A stretch of 64,000 nucleotides of DNA from a virus, in the IMG/VR virus record IMGVR_UViG_3300032562_000014, positions 1 to 64,000 of that record; one strand, 5' to 3'. The position numbers were made by a program, and so were the translations under genes. Positions 55,983 through 64,000 of this stretch are shown piece after piece (within the stretch, counting starts at the first letter, position 1; each line of letters starts with the position of its first letter). Under the pieces are notes generated by a model. It saw only the letters and a program-made list of their open reading frames with translations. It had not been told where the DNA came from and made no database searches.

Positions 55983-58900
55983 AGATAGACTGTTTATTCC
56001 TGAATACTTCGCTTGTAGAAAAGCTGAAAAAGTATGTTCGCTCCGAAGGCTACGAACGCCTGGCTGACAACAAAGGCATGTCCTTTCAGTCTATGTATGA
56101 CCATGTAAAAAACGAACTGGGCGTAGAGATAGATAAAGAGAGCTTCGGGTATATTTATGAGAATGAACTGCAGCACTCCAAGGATGAGCGATTTACGCAC
56201 AGCGATGATATTTCGGAGAGCGTAGGCGCGCCAATGACGCAAACACTCCGAAACCTCATGGTGCATTCAGATAAGACCGGTGAGCAAAAAATAGGTGATC
56301 TATCCCCTGGCAACGCAGTGGCAAAAAGCATCACCGATACCTTCTCCAATAAAATAATAAAAGACGAGCGCACAAAGAGCAACCTGAAAAAAATGGAGGG
56401 CTTCGTAAAGGAGGCTATGGACCGAGTGGCCGGAGAACTGCCAGAAGATGTGAATAAAAAAGAGGATAAACGCACCATGGAGCAAGTAGTTGCGGATGCG
56501 ATAGATAAAGAGTCGCTGGGACACAAAGATGCACTCACCGGAGCTACTATAGGAATAGACAAAGTATTTGACCATGTGCAAAAAGTGATTAGCGAACATG
56601 CCAAAGCAATAGGCGATCCTGAATTACAGCAACAGTATGAGAAATACACAGAGGATATGCGCAAGAACGCATACACCATAGCATTGTCGTCCGGTGAAGC
56701 AAAGAAAGTAGTGGAAGGCTCACTCCGCGATGCCGGCTTTATGAAAACAGATGCCGAAGGCCGGGAATTAGTGGACTGGGACAAGCTGAAAGGAAGCATC
56801 AACAGCCCGCGCCAGTTGTATGACAATACGGTGAAGGCGCTTACTAAATCAGGCATAGACCAAAACACCGCAGAGCGTGTGGCATTGGCAGTAAACAGGG
56901 AGCATACGGAACTGGTTAAAAAGGTGGCTTTAAAGGCAGATGCGGAGCAAGCGAAACTACTGTCCTCATGGGATGCTAATAAAAACAAGAAAATATCTGC
57001 AAAAGCCGAAATAGATGATCAGGTTCAAAAGTGGGATAACTATAAAGGATTTGAAGGCAAAGCAGATGCGCCACTGATAGTAAGTAAAAGCACTGCTAAA
57101 GAAGCGCTGAAACATGTGCTTACAAGAGTGGGGTTAATAGATAAAAATGGCAACCTGAGCCTTGATAAAATATCGAAGCAGATAACCAAACCTGCCGACA
57201 TAAAATACATCGCGCAGGAATATTTCAAAGCCCAAAAGAACGAAGACGGTACACCCAAATACGATACAGAAACCGCCGGCCACATAGCCAATGCAATAGA
57301 CGGCATGTACCAGGAACTATTCTCTAAAGTGCGCGAGCATGTGGAAGGCAAGCAAAAGGCAGTAGAAGCCACATGGGAGCCTAAAACAGGCGAAGCAAAG
57401 CAGCAGACCACTGCAGATGAATTGATAGACAACAGGCTAAAAGAAAGCAGCCAGTACCGCAAGATCACAGGCAAAGCAAATGCGCCACTGAAATTCAAAT
57501 TACAGGAAGCGCAGAAGATAGCCGGAGAAGCCATTGCTGCCAGCAAGGAATATGGTAAAAATGGCAAAATAGACTGGCAAGCAATGGCAGAAAACAGGCC
57601 CAGCGGGATAAAGATGGAGGCGATGTTGCGCAATCATCTGTTGGAGAAGTATGGGTATAGCAAAAGCGATGCGGCAGAAGTAGCGGCATCCATAACGAGG
57701 GATTACATAGAAAAGCTGCACGAAGATATAGACAGACATGCCAGCGGCATATTAGATGCAAGACAGGCTGCATTAGGCCGTGAAGCGCCGGAAAGAAAAA
57801 CAGCAATAGAAAGGCTGGCCCAGGCGCATACACTGGGTATATTTGATGAATCAAGGGAGGCGCTACTCCATCATATGCTGGGGATAGACAAGATAGATGC
57901 AGATGACCTGCAATCGCTTAAAAGCCTATCAGATACAATTGGTAATTTGCGAAATGAAGTTGCCGGCCCAAACTACTTGAATAGTTTTGCATATCAAAGT
58001 GCTAATCGCGTAGTAGCTCACCTGCTGGACAAAAATAAGGAAGATCACAGCCGGGCTATAAAGATAGCTAATGCAGTCAATCATGCCTTTGGCTTGATGA
58101 ATATGAGCCTTATAGCCAACCCGTATAATCTGATAGAAAATAACTGGTCGGGGGCTCAGGCATTATTGGGCGCTCAGGGAGAACTTGTGAAGCAAATGGG
58201 TGCTAAAAATGCAGCTATGTTCAATGATCACAAACTATGGGCTAATGTATGGAAGGATGTAGGTATTGGCGGCACGGAATATGGAGATGGTGCCGGTGAA
58301 AAGTGGGCGCACATCGGAGGTTATGTAGATAAGCTGAATACCCTTGATTTTAAAAATAATCCCGGCAGGGCTATACTTACTTCTGTTATTACTCCATTCA
58401 GGACCCTGCTAAACGGATCGGATGCGGCTAACAAAGCGGTCCTCCATCAAAAGGGATTTGTATTAATGCTACACAAAGCCCTTACCTCGCAAGGAATGGA
58501 TAACGATGCTGCCGCGCATTTTATTCACGAAGCATTGTACGGAGAGAATTTTGATAAAGCAAGAGAAAGAGCAAGGGGATTGATAGAAAAGTACGGTGAC
58601 CAGTTGGGTATTGGTGCAACCCGTCAGGCAAGAAAGAGGGCGGAAATAAGGTGGGCTAACGACCTTGTAAAAGCAAACCTTAATCTCAGCGGGGAAACGA
58701 GTATGCTGGGCGGTGATATGCCTATAAAGGACGAAGAAATCATTGAAGCTGCATTATCAAGTAGTTTTCATGCGGCATCATTGTCTTTAGGCCACGAAGC
58801 AAATAATATGGCTTCTCGCGGATTGAAGGCCGGGAAAAAGGCTGCAGCACAGCATGAAAAAGAACTTATAGAAAAGGGGGAATATCAAAAAGCGGCATTA

Positions 58901-59737
58901 GCCAGATTTGGTAATAACCTTTATTACAATGGAGTTAAGAGAATGATCAGTGGTTCCCTCAACTGGGCCATGCTTCGCGCGGAAAGTGCCGGCATAGGAT
59001 TAGGATTGTCCCCTACAGTATTGGGGGACAGAAAGACAAGCCTCGACTTTACCAGTAAGGATAAGCTGGAAGAAAGTATGCGCCAAAGGATCGTTGCATC
59101 GCGAAAGATAACCAGGGCGATAACGGGAGCAACTATGTCTGCATTAACGATAGCCGGGCTGGCTACATATGGCGCGCTCAAAAAGAAAGACGAAGATGCA
59201 GATGCGCCGGAGATGACAGACACAGAAAAGGGCATGAAGTCTGTAAAAGATACATGGGCCGCAGATAAGATAATGGGTAAAGCCGGCCCCGATCTTGCGT
59301 ATCTATACTATTTGTCTAAAATGAATGAAGGGCAAGGAGGTGCAGCCGCAGCATACGGGTCTATAAAATACGTCAACAACCTACTTAACAATAACCCCAC
59401 CTACACAACAGCAGGTGATATGTATGGTATTGAAGAGGCGCTACGCCAAGGGCATATGAATGAAAAAAGCCAAAATAAAGCCGCCGGTAAATTCGGACAG
59501 CTTATTGGACAATTTTTGAATGTACCCCTGTACGTACCCTTTCATCAGATATACGATATGATAGATGGCAATCCGCATAAAAGAGAGTTTACCAAACCAG
59601 AATCGGTGATACAGGGCGCTTTAATGGGTGGCTTCATACAGGATGGAATAAATTGGCTGCCAGACGACATCATAGAAAATCATCAGATGCAAAACTGGAA
59701 ATACAAGCCTGCGTACAATCCAAATGCAGGGCAATAA
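55976..59737 (+). CDS. Large ejection (internal virion) protein
   Basis: 1253 aa, helical, three internal repeats, hydrophobic patches near the C-terminus. Confidence 0.7.
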   Translation: MLKIDCLFLNTSLVEKLKKYVRSEGYERLADNKGMSFQSMYDHVKNELGVEIDKESFGYIYENELQHSKDERFTHSDDISESVGAPMTQTLRNLMVHSDKTGEQKIGDLSPGNAVAKSITDTFSNKIIKDERTKSNLKKMEGFVKEAMDRVAGELPEDVNKKEDKRTMEQVVADAIDKESLGHKDALTGATIGIDKVFDHVQKVISEHAKAIGDPELQQQYEKYTEDMRKNAYTIALSSGEAKKVVEGSLRDAGFMKTDAEGRELVDWDKLKGSINSPRQLYDNTVKALTKSGIDQNTAERVALAVNREHTELVKKVALKADAEQAKLLSSWDANKNKKISAKAEIDDQVQKWDNYKGFEGKADAPLIVSKSTAKEALKHVLTRVGLIDKNGNLSLDKISKQITKPADIKYIAQEYFKAQKNEDGTPKYDTETAGHIANAIDGMYQELFSKVREHVEGKQKAVEATWEPKTGEAKQQTTADELIDNRLKESSQYRKITGKANAPLKFKLQEAQKIAGEAIAASKEYGKNGKIDWQAMAENRPSGIKMEAMLRNHLLEKYGYSKSDAAEVAASITRDYIEKLHEDIDRHASGILDARQAALGREAPERKTAIERLAQAHTLGIFDESREALLHHMLGIDKIDADDLQSLKSLSDTIGNLRNEVAGPNYLNSFAYQSANRVVAHLLDKNKEDHSRAIKIANAVNHAFGLMNMSLIANPYNLIENNWSGAQALLGAQGELVKQMGAKNAAMFNDHKLWANVWKDVGIGGTEYGDGAGEKWAHIGGYVDKLNTLDFKNNPGRAILTSVITPFRTLLNGSDAANKAVLHQKGFVLMLHKALTSQGMDNDAAAHFIHEALYGENFDKARERARGLIEKYGDQLGIGATRQARKRAEIRWANDLVKANLNLSGETSMLGGDMPIKDEEIIEAALSSSFHAASLSLGHEANNMASRGLKAGKKAAAQHEKELIEKGEYQKAALARFGNNLYYNGVKRMISGSLNWAMLRAESAGIGLGLSPTVLGDRKTSLDFTSKDKLEESMRQRIVASRKITRAITGATMSALTIAGLATYGALKKKDEDADAPEMTDTEKGMKSVKDTWAADKIMGKAGPDLAYLYYLSKMNEGQGGAAAAYGSIKYVNNLLNNNPTYTTAGDMYGIEEALRQGHMNEKSQNKAAGKFGQLIGQFLNVPLYVPFHQIYDMIDGNPHKREFTKPESVIQGALMGGFIQDGINWLPDDIIENHQMQNWKYKPAYNPNAGQ

Positions 59738-59744
59738 CACGGGA

Positions 59745-59822
59745 AAAGCCCAATCGATCGTTGAACCCTGAACGGTGCCATCGACACCTCAGCTCAATAG
59801 TAGCAACCAGTCTGGACAACAA
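59745..59822 (+). repeat. Dispersed ~80-bp repeat, copy 2
   Basis: AAAGCCCAATCGATCGTTGAACCCTGAACGGTGCCATCGACACC...TGGACAACAA. Confidence 0.8.
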
Positions 59823-59823
59823 C

Positions 59824-59855
59824 TAAAAAAAGGAAGGCCTCCGAGAACGGAGGCC
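59824..59855 (-). terminator. Intrinsic terminator-like hairpin with U-tract on the minus strand
   Basis: GGCCTCCG-AGAA-CGGAGGCC preceded on the plus strand by A7. Confidence 0.55.
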
Positions 59856-59969
59856 ACAAGTAAGGCTACGACAACAAATCGTGGCCATCCCTCATTAATC
59901 ACACAACAACGTGGTGTAAAAATGACAACGGGACAAAAGTAGTGTTTCTAAAAAATATTTCAACAAATA

Positions 59970-60000
59970 TTTGGTGGTGTGAAATAGTTGTGTAATTTTG
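59970..60000 (+). promoter_or_regulatory. Bacteroidota promoter (TTTG-N19-TAATTTTG)
   Basis: Consensus -33/-7 match 22 nt upstream of the ATG at 60023; a divergent TACTTTTG lies at 59941..59934. Confidence 0.6.
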
Positions 60001-60022
60001 TGGAAACAAGTGGAATAATACA

Positions 60023-60202
60023 ATGGGCCGACCACGAGAAGAAGATTCTGAATTATTTGATGTACGTATTAAAGTTATGGGAGAAGACGCTCTTACCATA
60101 AGGAAGTACGTAGAGGATAAGAAGAAGAAGGATCGCCGCAAAACGATTATCAATACTGTAGAGGCAATACTGCTGGAAGCAGCCGAACAGCACAAAAAAT
60201 AA
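60023..60202 (+). CDS. Small RHH-like DNA-binding protein (59 aa, not in the supplied ORF track)
   Basis: MGRPREEDSELFDVRIKVMGEDALTIRKYVEDKKKKDRRKTIINTVEAILLEAAEQHKK: GRP, a beta strand and two helices. Confidence 0.6.
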   Translation: MGRPREEDSELFDVRIKVMGEDALTIRKYVEDKKKKDRRKTIINTVEAILLEAAEQHKK

Positions 60203-60218
60203 TAGAAAACAGGAAAGC

Positions 60219-60881
60219 ATGACCACATCCCTACTTAACGACTGCCTCCTGCTCCGCGCCGGGACCGAAGAGAAACTACGGGAATACCTTCATTCGGTAA
60301 ACCTGCTGGTGTTTGACCCGTTGTTTGATAGGCTACACAGAACTGATGCTGGGTTAACTGTACCGCAAATCGTACTGTACATACTATGCGCCTACAGTGA
60401 GGACAGTCCTATGATAATACTCCGGCAGGATGTGTTGACAGAGCAGAACAACATCTGTGAGTTCCTGCAAATACCAGAGATATTCAGGCCAGACCTTATC
60501 AACCTGAAAGACTCGCAGATAAAGAGAGTAGCAGTGGATTACGTCAACCAATTCGCCAGCCCGGTGTTTCGCTCCATGATGTTCACGAGAATACAGATAC
60601 GTGACTTTGAAATTGCAATGACCGTAAGGGATTTCAGTGTACTAAAGCCCGGTGACGACAAAGAATATTACTATGATAGCAAAGAGCATGGTAAAATCAC
60701 ATCTGAACACATGAGGCTTTGCAAGCAATTAGCTGACATGGAAAAACAGGTGAAGCAGGACATGAAGAGAATAGAAGGGATGAATGAATTGCTGGACTTT
60801 ATGGATGAGGCGAAGGGAACAAAGAAAGGGAAGGCGGCAAAGAAGCGCGCCACAGGGCACATCGAAAATCAAATAGAATAA
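60219..60881 (+). CDS. Hypothetical protein (possible terminase small subunit)
   Basis: Helical with a coiled-coil C-terminus, upstream of the terminase; the function is positional inference. Confidence 0.55.
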   Translation: MTTSLLNDCLLLRAGTEEKLREYLHSVNLLVFDPLFDRLHRTDAGLTVPQIVLYILCAYSEDSPMIILRQDVLTEQNNICEFLQIPEIFRPDLINLKDSQIKRVAVDYVNQFASPVFRSMMFTRIQIRDFEIAMTVRDFSVLKPGDDKEYYYDSKEHGKITSEHMRLCKQLADMEKQVKQDMKRIEGMNELLDFMDEAKGTKKGKAAKKRATGHIENQIE

Positions 60882-60913
60882 TTATTTTTTCACACAATAA
60901 AACGACAACAATC

Positions 60914-61720
60914 ATGGATCTTAAAAAAGAATTGCAGCAAATCAAGACAAATAATATTAAGCATCATAATGATGTAGTATCAGAAGTAAAGCTATTATTG
61001 GCTGGGGATGCCAGTGAAGATTTAGCTATAATGCGGCACCTTGCCAGTAACAGCAAGATAGTTAGAGCCGAAGAGGCGCTGGGGCGTAAAATAGAATTGG
61101 AGAAATTGGAGAATGACTACGGGGAAGTATATACAATAGATCAAATAGAAAAACTGTGCATCAAGTATAAACTTAGATTTCTCCCTTCAAGACTATTCAA
61201 GGGGGATTTGCCAGTCACTACCATTCATAAGATAAAGCAGTTTGCTAAAGAAACTACTACATCTATTGATCCTCATTCTCTTAATACAAAATTCTTTATC
61301 ATTGCCCCTGCGGAGTCTTTTGAATTAAATTATGTTTCCGAAAGGGCGGAGCGTGAACGTATCATGAGAGAGAAAGACCCAGTTCTTTTTTATCAGATAG
61401 ATAGCGAGCATTACCGGATGATACACAAATGGGGAAATGACTTCACTATATTCAGAAGGGTAATAGGTTTTATCTGGGAGAATAAAGCACAACATAATTA
61501 CACAATAAAAATATCTTATGTTGCAATCATGAGTGTTATTATCTATTTGCTTGCCTCTACAATCCCTGATGGAGATCATCTTATTGCGTTTACAATCCAC
61601 TTTGCTGGGAGCCTATTGGGAGTCATTTCAATTTTGGTACTTCTTATTGCATATGAGAGAGAGGACAAAGAATGGTGGTCAAAAAATAACTGGAATAACA
61701 CAAGTAAAATGGTGCGATAA
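60914..61720 (+). CDS. Hypothetical protein with two C-terminal TM helices
   Basis: 268-aa ORF; KDPVLF...HKWGNDF motif followed by hydrophobic segments. Confidence 0.7.
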   Translation: MDLKKELQQIKTNNIKHHNDVVSEVKLLLAGDASEDLAIMRHLASNSKIVRAEEALGRKIELEKLENDYGEVYTIDQIEKLCIKYKLRFLPSRLFKGDLPVTTIHKIKQFAKETTTSIDPHSLNTKFFIIAPAESFELNYVSERAERERIMREKDPVLFYQIDSEHYRMIHKWGNDFTIFRRVIGFIWENKAQHNYTIKISYVAIMSVIIYLLASTIPDGDHLIAFTIHFAGSLLGVISILVLLIAYEREDKEWWSKNNWNNTSKMVR

Positions 61721-62127
61721 TGGCTACACTATCAAAAAAATCATGGCACTCATGGCTATTCAGGAGCACCTATGGTGTTCCATTGCCTCAAAATTTGTGT
61801 ACTTACTTTTGGGGCGTTGTATTAGCAGTGATTCTTGCGGTACCATTTGCGATAACGCATATAGTGCATATCTTCACAAAGAAAAGACACTTCACGCATC
61901 TGTGGTTCTCGATCATTCCATATTGGGTATTCAACTTATCAATGAACTGGCGCTATGTATTTGTGTTGTTGGGTATTGTTGTTTTATCGGGATTAGGTTT
62001 TGCGCTATCTTTATTGATGCCTTCACTAAAATCGGAGAATGACAATTTATTCATAGAGCGGTTCAAGGCGTTTAAGGGTAAGTATTGCCCTAAGATAAAT
62101 TGGAGAGAAGAGCCCAATAGCAGCTAA
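61720..62127 (+). CDS. Hypothetical membrane protein
   Basis: SWH.WL...NLC.YFW...K.K.CP.I.W pattern with hydrophobic segments. Confidence 0.65.
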   Translation: MATLSKKSWHSWLFRSTYGVPLPQNLCTYFWGVVLAVILAVPFAITHIVHIFTKKRHFTHLWFSIIPYWVFNLSMNWRYVFVLLGIVVLSGLGFALSLLMPSLKSENDNLFIERFKAFKGKYCPKINWREEPNSS

Positions 62128-62186
62128 AAGGGGAGGTCGGCGAAGAATCTGAAAACAGGTCACGTAGAGGGTGTAATTGAATAACT

Positions 62187-62672
62187 ATGGAATATAGGGA
62201 ATATCCAGATCAGCAGTTCGCATATATTCTACATCATACCGAAGGCGGCAACGATCCTATGTCTGGAGAAGCGCCGCGAAAAATAGGCGAGATAGTTGGC
62301 GCATCGGACGATGAGGAAGAAATGGTTGCACTTGGTAAGAAGTTGTACCCAAGGCCGACTACATGGGAATGGGATGGTTGGACTATAAATGTGAATACCA
62401 GCACTGATATTGGCAAGGCTAAGTATGCAGCATGGGCAGAAGATAGCAGGAAACGATTTGCATATATTGAAGCACACTCAGAAGAGTATGATTTTATTAA
62501 CTATGGGGAGAATAAAATTTACTTTAAAAAGAACGGATTGCTCGATGATTTAATAAACACTTCTGGGAATGATAAGTCAATGTACGGGACTATGTCCTTT
62601 TTAATTCCGAGTAGCGGTTTGATTGGGCCTGTAGCCCCAATAGAAATTTATACACCAAAGAATAAAGAATGA
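62187..62672 (+). CDS. Hypothetical protein
   Basis: 161-aa ORF coupled to the terminase start (ATGA). Confidence 0.6.
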   Translation: MEYREYPDQQFAYILHHTEGGNDPMSGEAPRKIGEIVGASDDEEEMVALGKKLYPRPTTWEWDGWTINVNTSTDIGKAKYAAWAEDSRKRFAYIEAHSEEYDFINYGENKIYFKKNGLLDDLINTSGNDKSMYGTMSFLIPSSGLIGPVAPIEIYTPKNKE

Positions 62673-64000
62673 CCTACAACGAAGGGGATATAATAGAGAT
62701 ACCAATCGGGGAGCACATCTTTCGCACCCCACCCGTTCCGCCAAAGCGGGACATCCTCTTCCATGACAAAAAGAAAGCCGACCAATACTGGACGCGCCAG
62801 ACAGACCTGCCAAAAATATTTTACGACTGGCACAATGAAACACATTCCTTCGGAGTAGGCGTAGAACTGGATGCAAAGAAGACAGAGTATCACCCGGACA
62901 GCCCTTCACTGCTTATATCCCTGAGTAAAGAAGACACAGCGCTACTATTCGGCAAGGCAGAAGATGGGAAGGAAGGCTACCAGGTAAGAGAATACAGGCG
63001 AAGGAAAGAAGGAGTATGGTTCTACAACAACGGAGAGCCTACCTACCTTACGGGAGATCACTATGCCGCCTTACAGTGGCTACCCATGCTTGCTTGTGAC
63101 AATGAAGTAGAGCCCGGTAGTGTATATGGGCAATATCTTGAATTTCAGCGCGACTTCTGCTATTTCTTTTTATTGGCAGAAACCACAAAATTTGGCTATG
63201 GTGGGTTAATAGTAAAGCCAAAGAAGACCGGTCTTACGCAGTTGATGTGCTGTATCTGCCTGAACCGAGCAATGATCATGCGCCTGAAGACAATACGCAT
63301 GATGTCCATAACGGAGGCTATCTGCAAAGAAACCAATTTCAAGCTGATAGCCTATGCCATGGAAGGTGTGCCAGCCATCTTAATGCCCACGAAGACAAAG
63401 CAAAATGAGTCAGAGGTTATCTTTGGGCCACCGGCATCATCAAAGCGCAGCGTGAGGAAAACAAAGGAGCAAAACCTTGATTACTTGCACAACTGGCTAT
63501 GCACCGTACCGACCACACGTACTGCCTTTGACTCTATAACCAACTACATAGCATTCATAGATGAGTTTCCAAAGATAAAAGACAGCACCTACCCGAAAGA
63601 ACTGTTTGAAGCCACACTGGTAGCGGTACGTGAAGGCTCCAAAAGGAAAGGCACAGTGTTTGGACTCTCTTACGTACCGGAAATATCCAACAGGTCCTTC
63701 CGCGAGGCAAAGGAGTTATTCATCAATAGCAAGCTAAAGACGGTCAAAAAGAACGAAGAGGGAGAATATGTTGGCCACACCAAAAGCGAGCTCATTTGCT
63801 ATACCCTGTTAGTGCAGCAGGGCATATTCGGATGCTGTGACAAGTACGGCAAGCCGATAGAAGCTAAAGTATGGGGCTTCATCAACAACGAGAAAGAAAA
63901 GGCGAAGGACGACCCGGACAAGCTGCAAGCCATAAAGCGCCAGTACCCATCATCGGAGAACGACCCATGGCAACATGCGATCAGTGACGACTCCCTGTAC
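62669..64000 (+). CDS. terL: Terminase large subunit, partial (runs off window)
   Basis: Own translation: EYRRRKEGVWFYNNGEPTYLTGDHY..LQW, Walker-A-like VKPKKTGLT and Walker B IAFIDEFPK; no stop seen before 64000. Confidence 0.8.
   Translation, partial: MTYNEGDIIEIPIGEHIFRTPPVPPKRDILFHDKKKADQYWTRQTDLPKIFYDWHNETHSFGVGVELDAKKTEYHPDSPSLLISLSKEDTALLFGKAEDGKEGYQVREYRRRKEGVWFYNNGEPTYLTGDHYAALQWLPMLACDNEVEPGSVYGQYLEFQRDFCYFFLLAETTKFGYGGLIVKPKKTGLTQLMCCICLNRAMIMRLKTIRMMSITEAICKETNFKLIAYAMEGVPAILMPTKTKQNESEVIFGPPASSKRSVRKTKEQNLDYLHNWLCTVPTTRTAFDSITNYIAFIDEFPKIKDSTYPKELFEATLVAVREGSKRKGTVFGLSYVPEISNRSFREAKELFINSKLKTVKKNEEGEYVGHTKSELICYTLLVQQGIFGCCDKYGKPIEAKVWGFINNEKEKAKDDPDKLQAIKRQYPSSENDPWQHAISDDSLY

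Noticed and set aside
49032-59737. Giant proteins as a virion RNA polymerase, or as one gene joined by a programmed frameshift
   Set aside because: No convincing DxDxD catalytic motif was seen. The 7-nt overlap at 55976..55982 is an ordinary coupled start/stop without a clear slippery heptamer.
1-64000. Stop-codon reassignment as seen in some crAss-like phages
   Set aside because: Genes are long, intact and densely packed under the standard code; TAG and TGA both end genes at sensible positions.

Overview
The whole window is a segment of a large tailed phage genome, probably of a Bacteroidota host: TANNTTTG promoter boxes, A-rich Shine-Dalgarno-less leaders and signal peptides cleaved before Gln all point that way. 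The head/tail module resembles crAss-like podoviruses: ~880-aa portal, scaffold-like protein, ~520-aa major capsid protein, ring/tail proteins, a 1639-aa tail stabilisation protein, GNAT plus giant ejection proteins, and a terminase running off the right end. Replication is lambdoid instead (DUF4373-like initiator with internal 21-bp iterons next to DnaB). Accessory genes include two DNA methyltransferases, a PAPS-reductase-like protein, a GH24 lysozyme, holin-like genes, a DUF2829/Tad2-like protein and a phage GroEL. The most unusual observations are: (1) a co-chaperonin apparently built of five tandem GroES domains beside GroEL; (2) a 2092-aa fibre and its two downstream neighbours all carrying Sec signal peptides; (3) a circularly permuted histidine phosphatase inside the giant ejection protein; (4) a cytosine methyltransferase frameshifted in an (AAGAG)5 tract; (5) a dispersed ~80-bp repeat, one copy read in frame inside a protein; (6) an identical 35-bp operator-like box upstream of groES/EL and of a small RHH-like gene. 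All protein family calls come from motif recognition by eye, not from database searches. No tRNA, rRNA, CRISPR array, integrase or reverse transcriptase was recognised.
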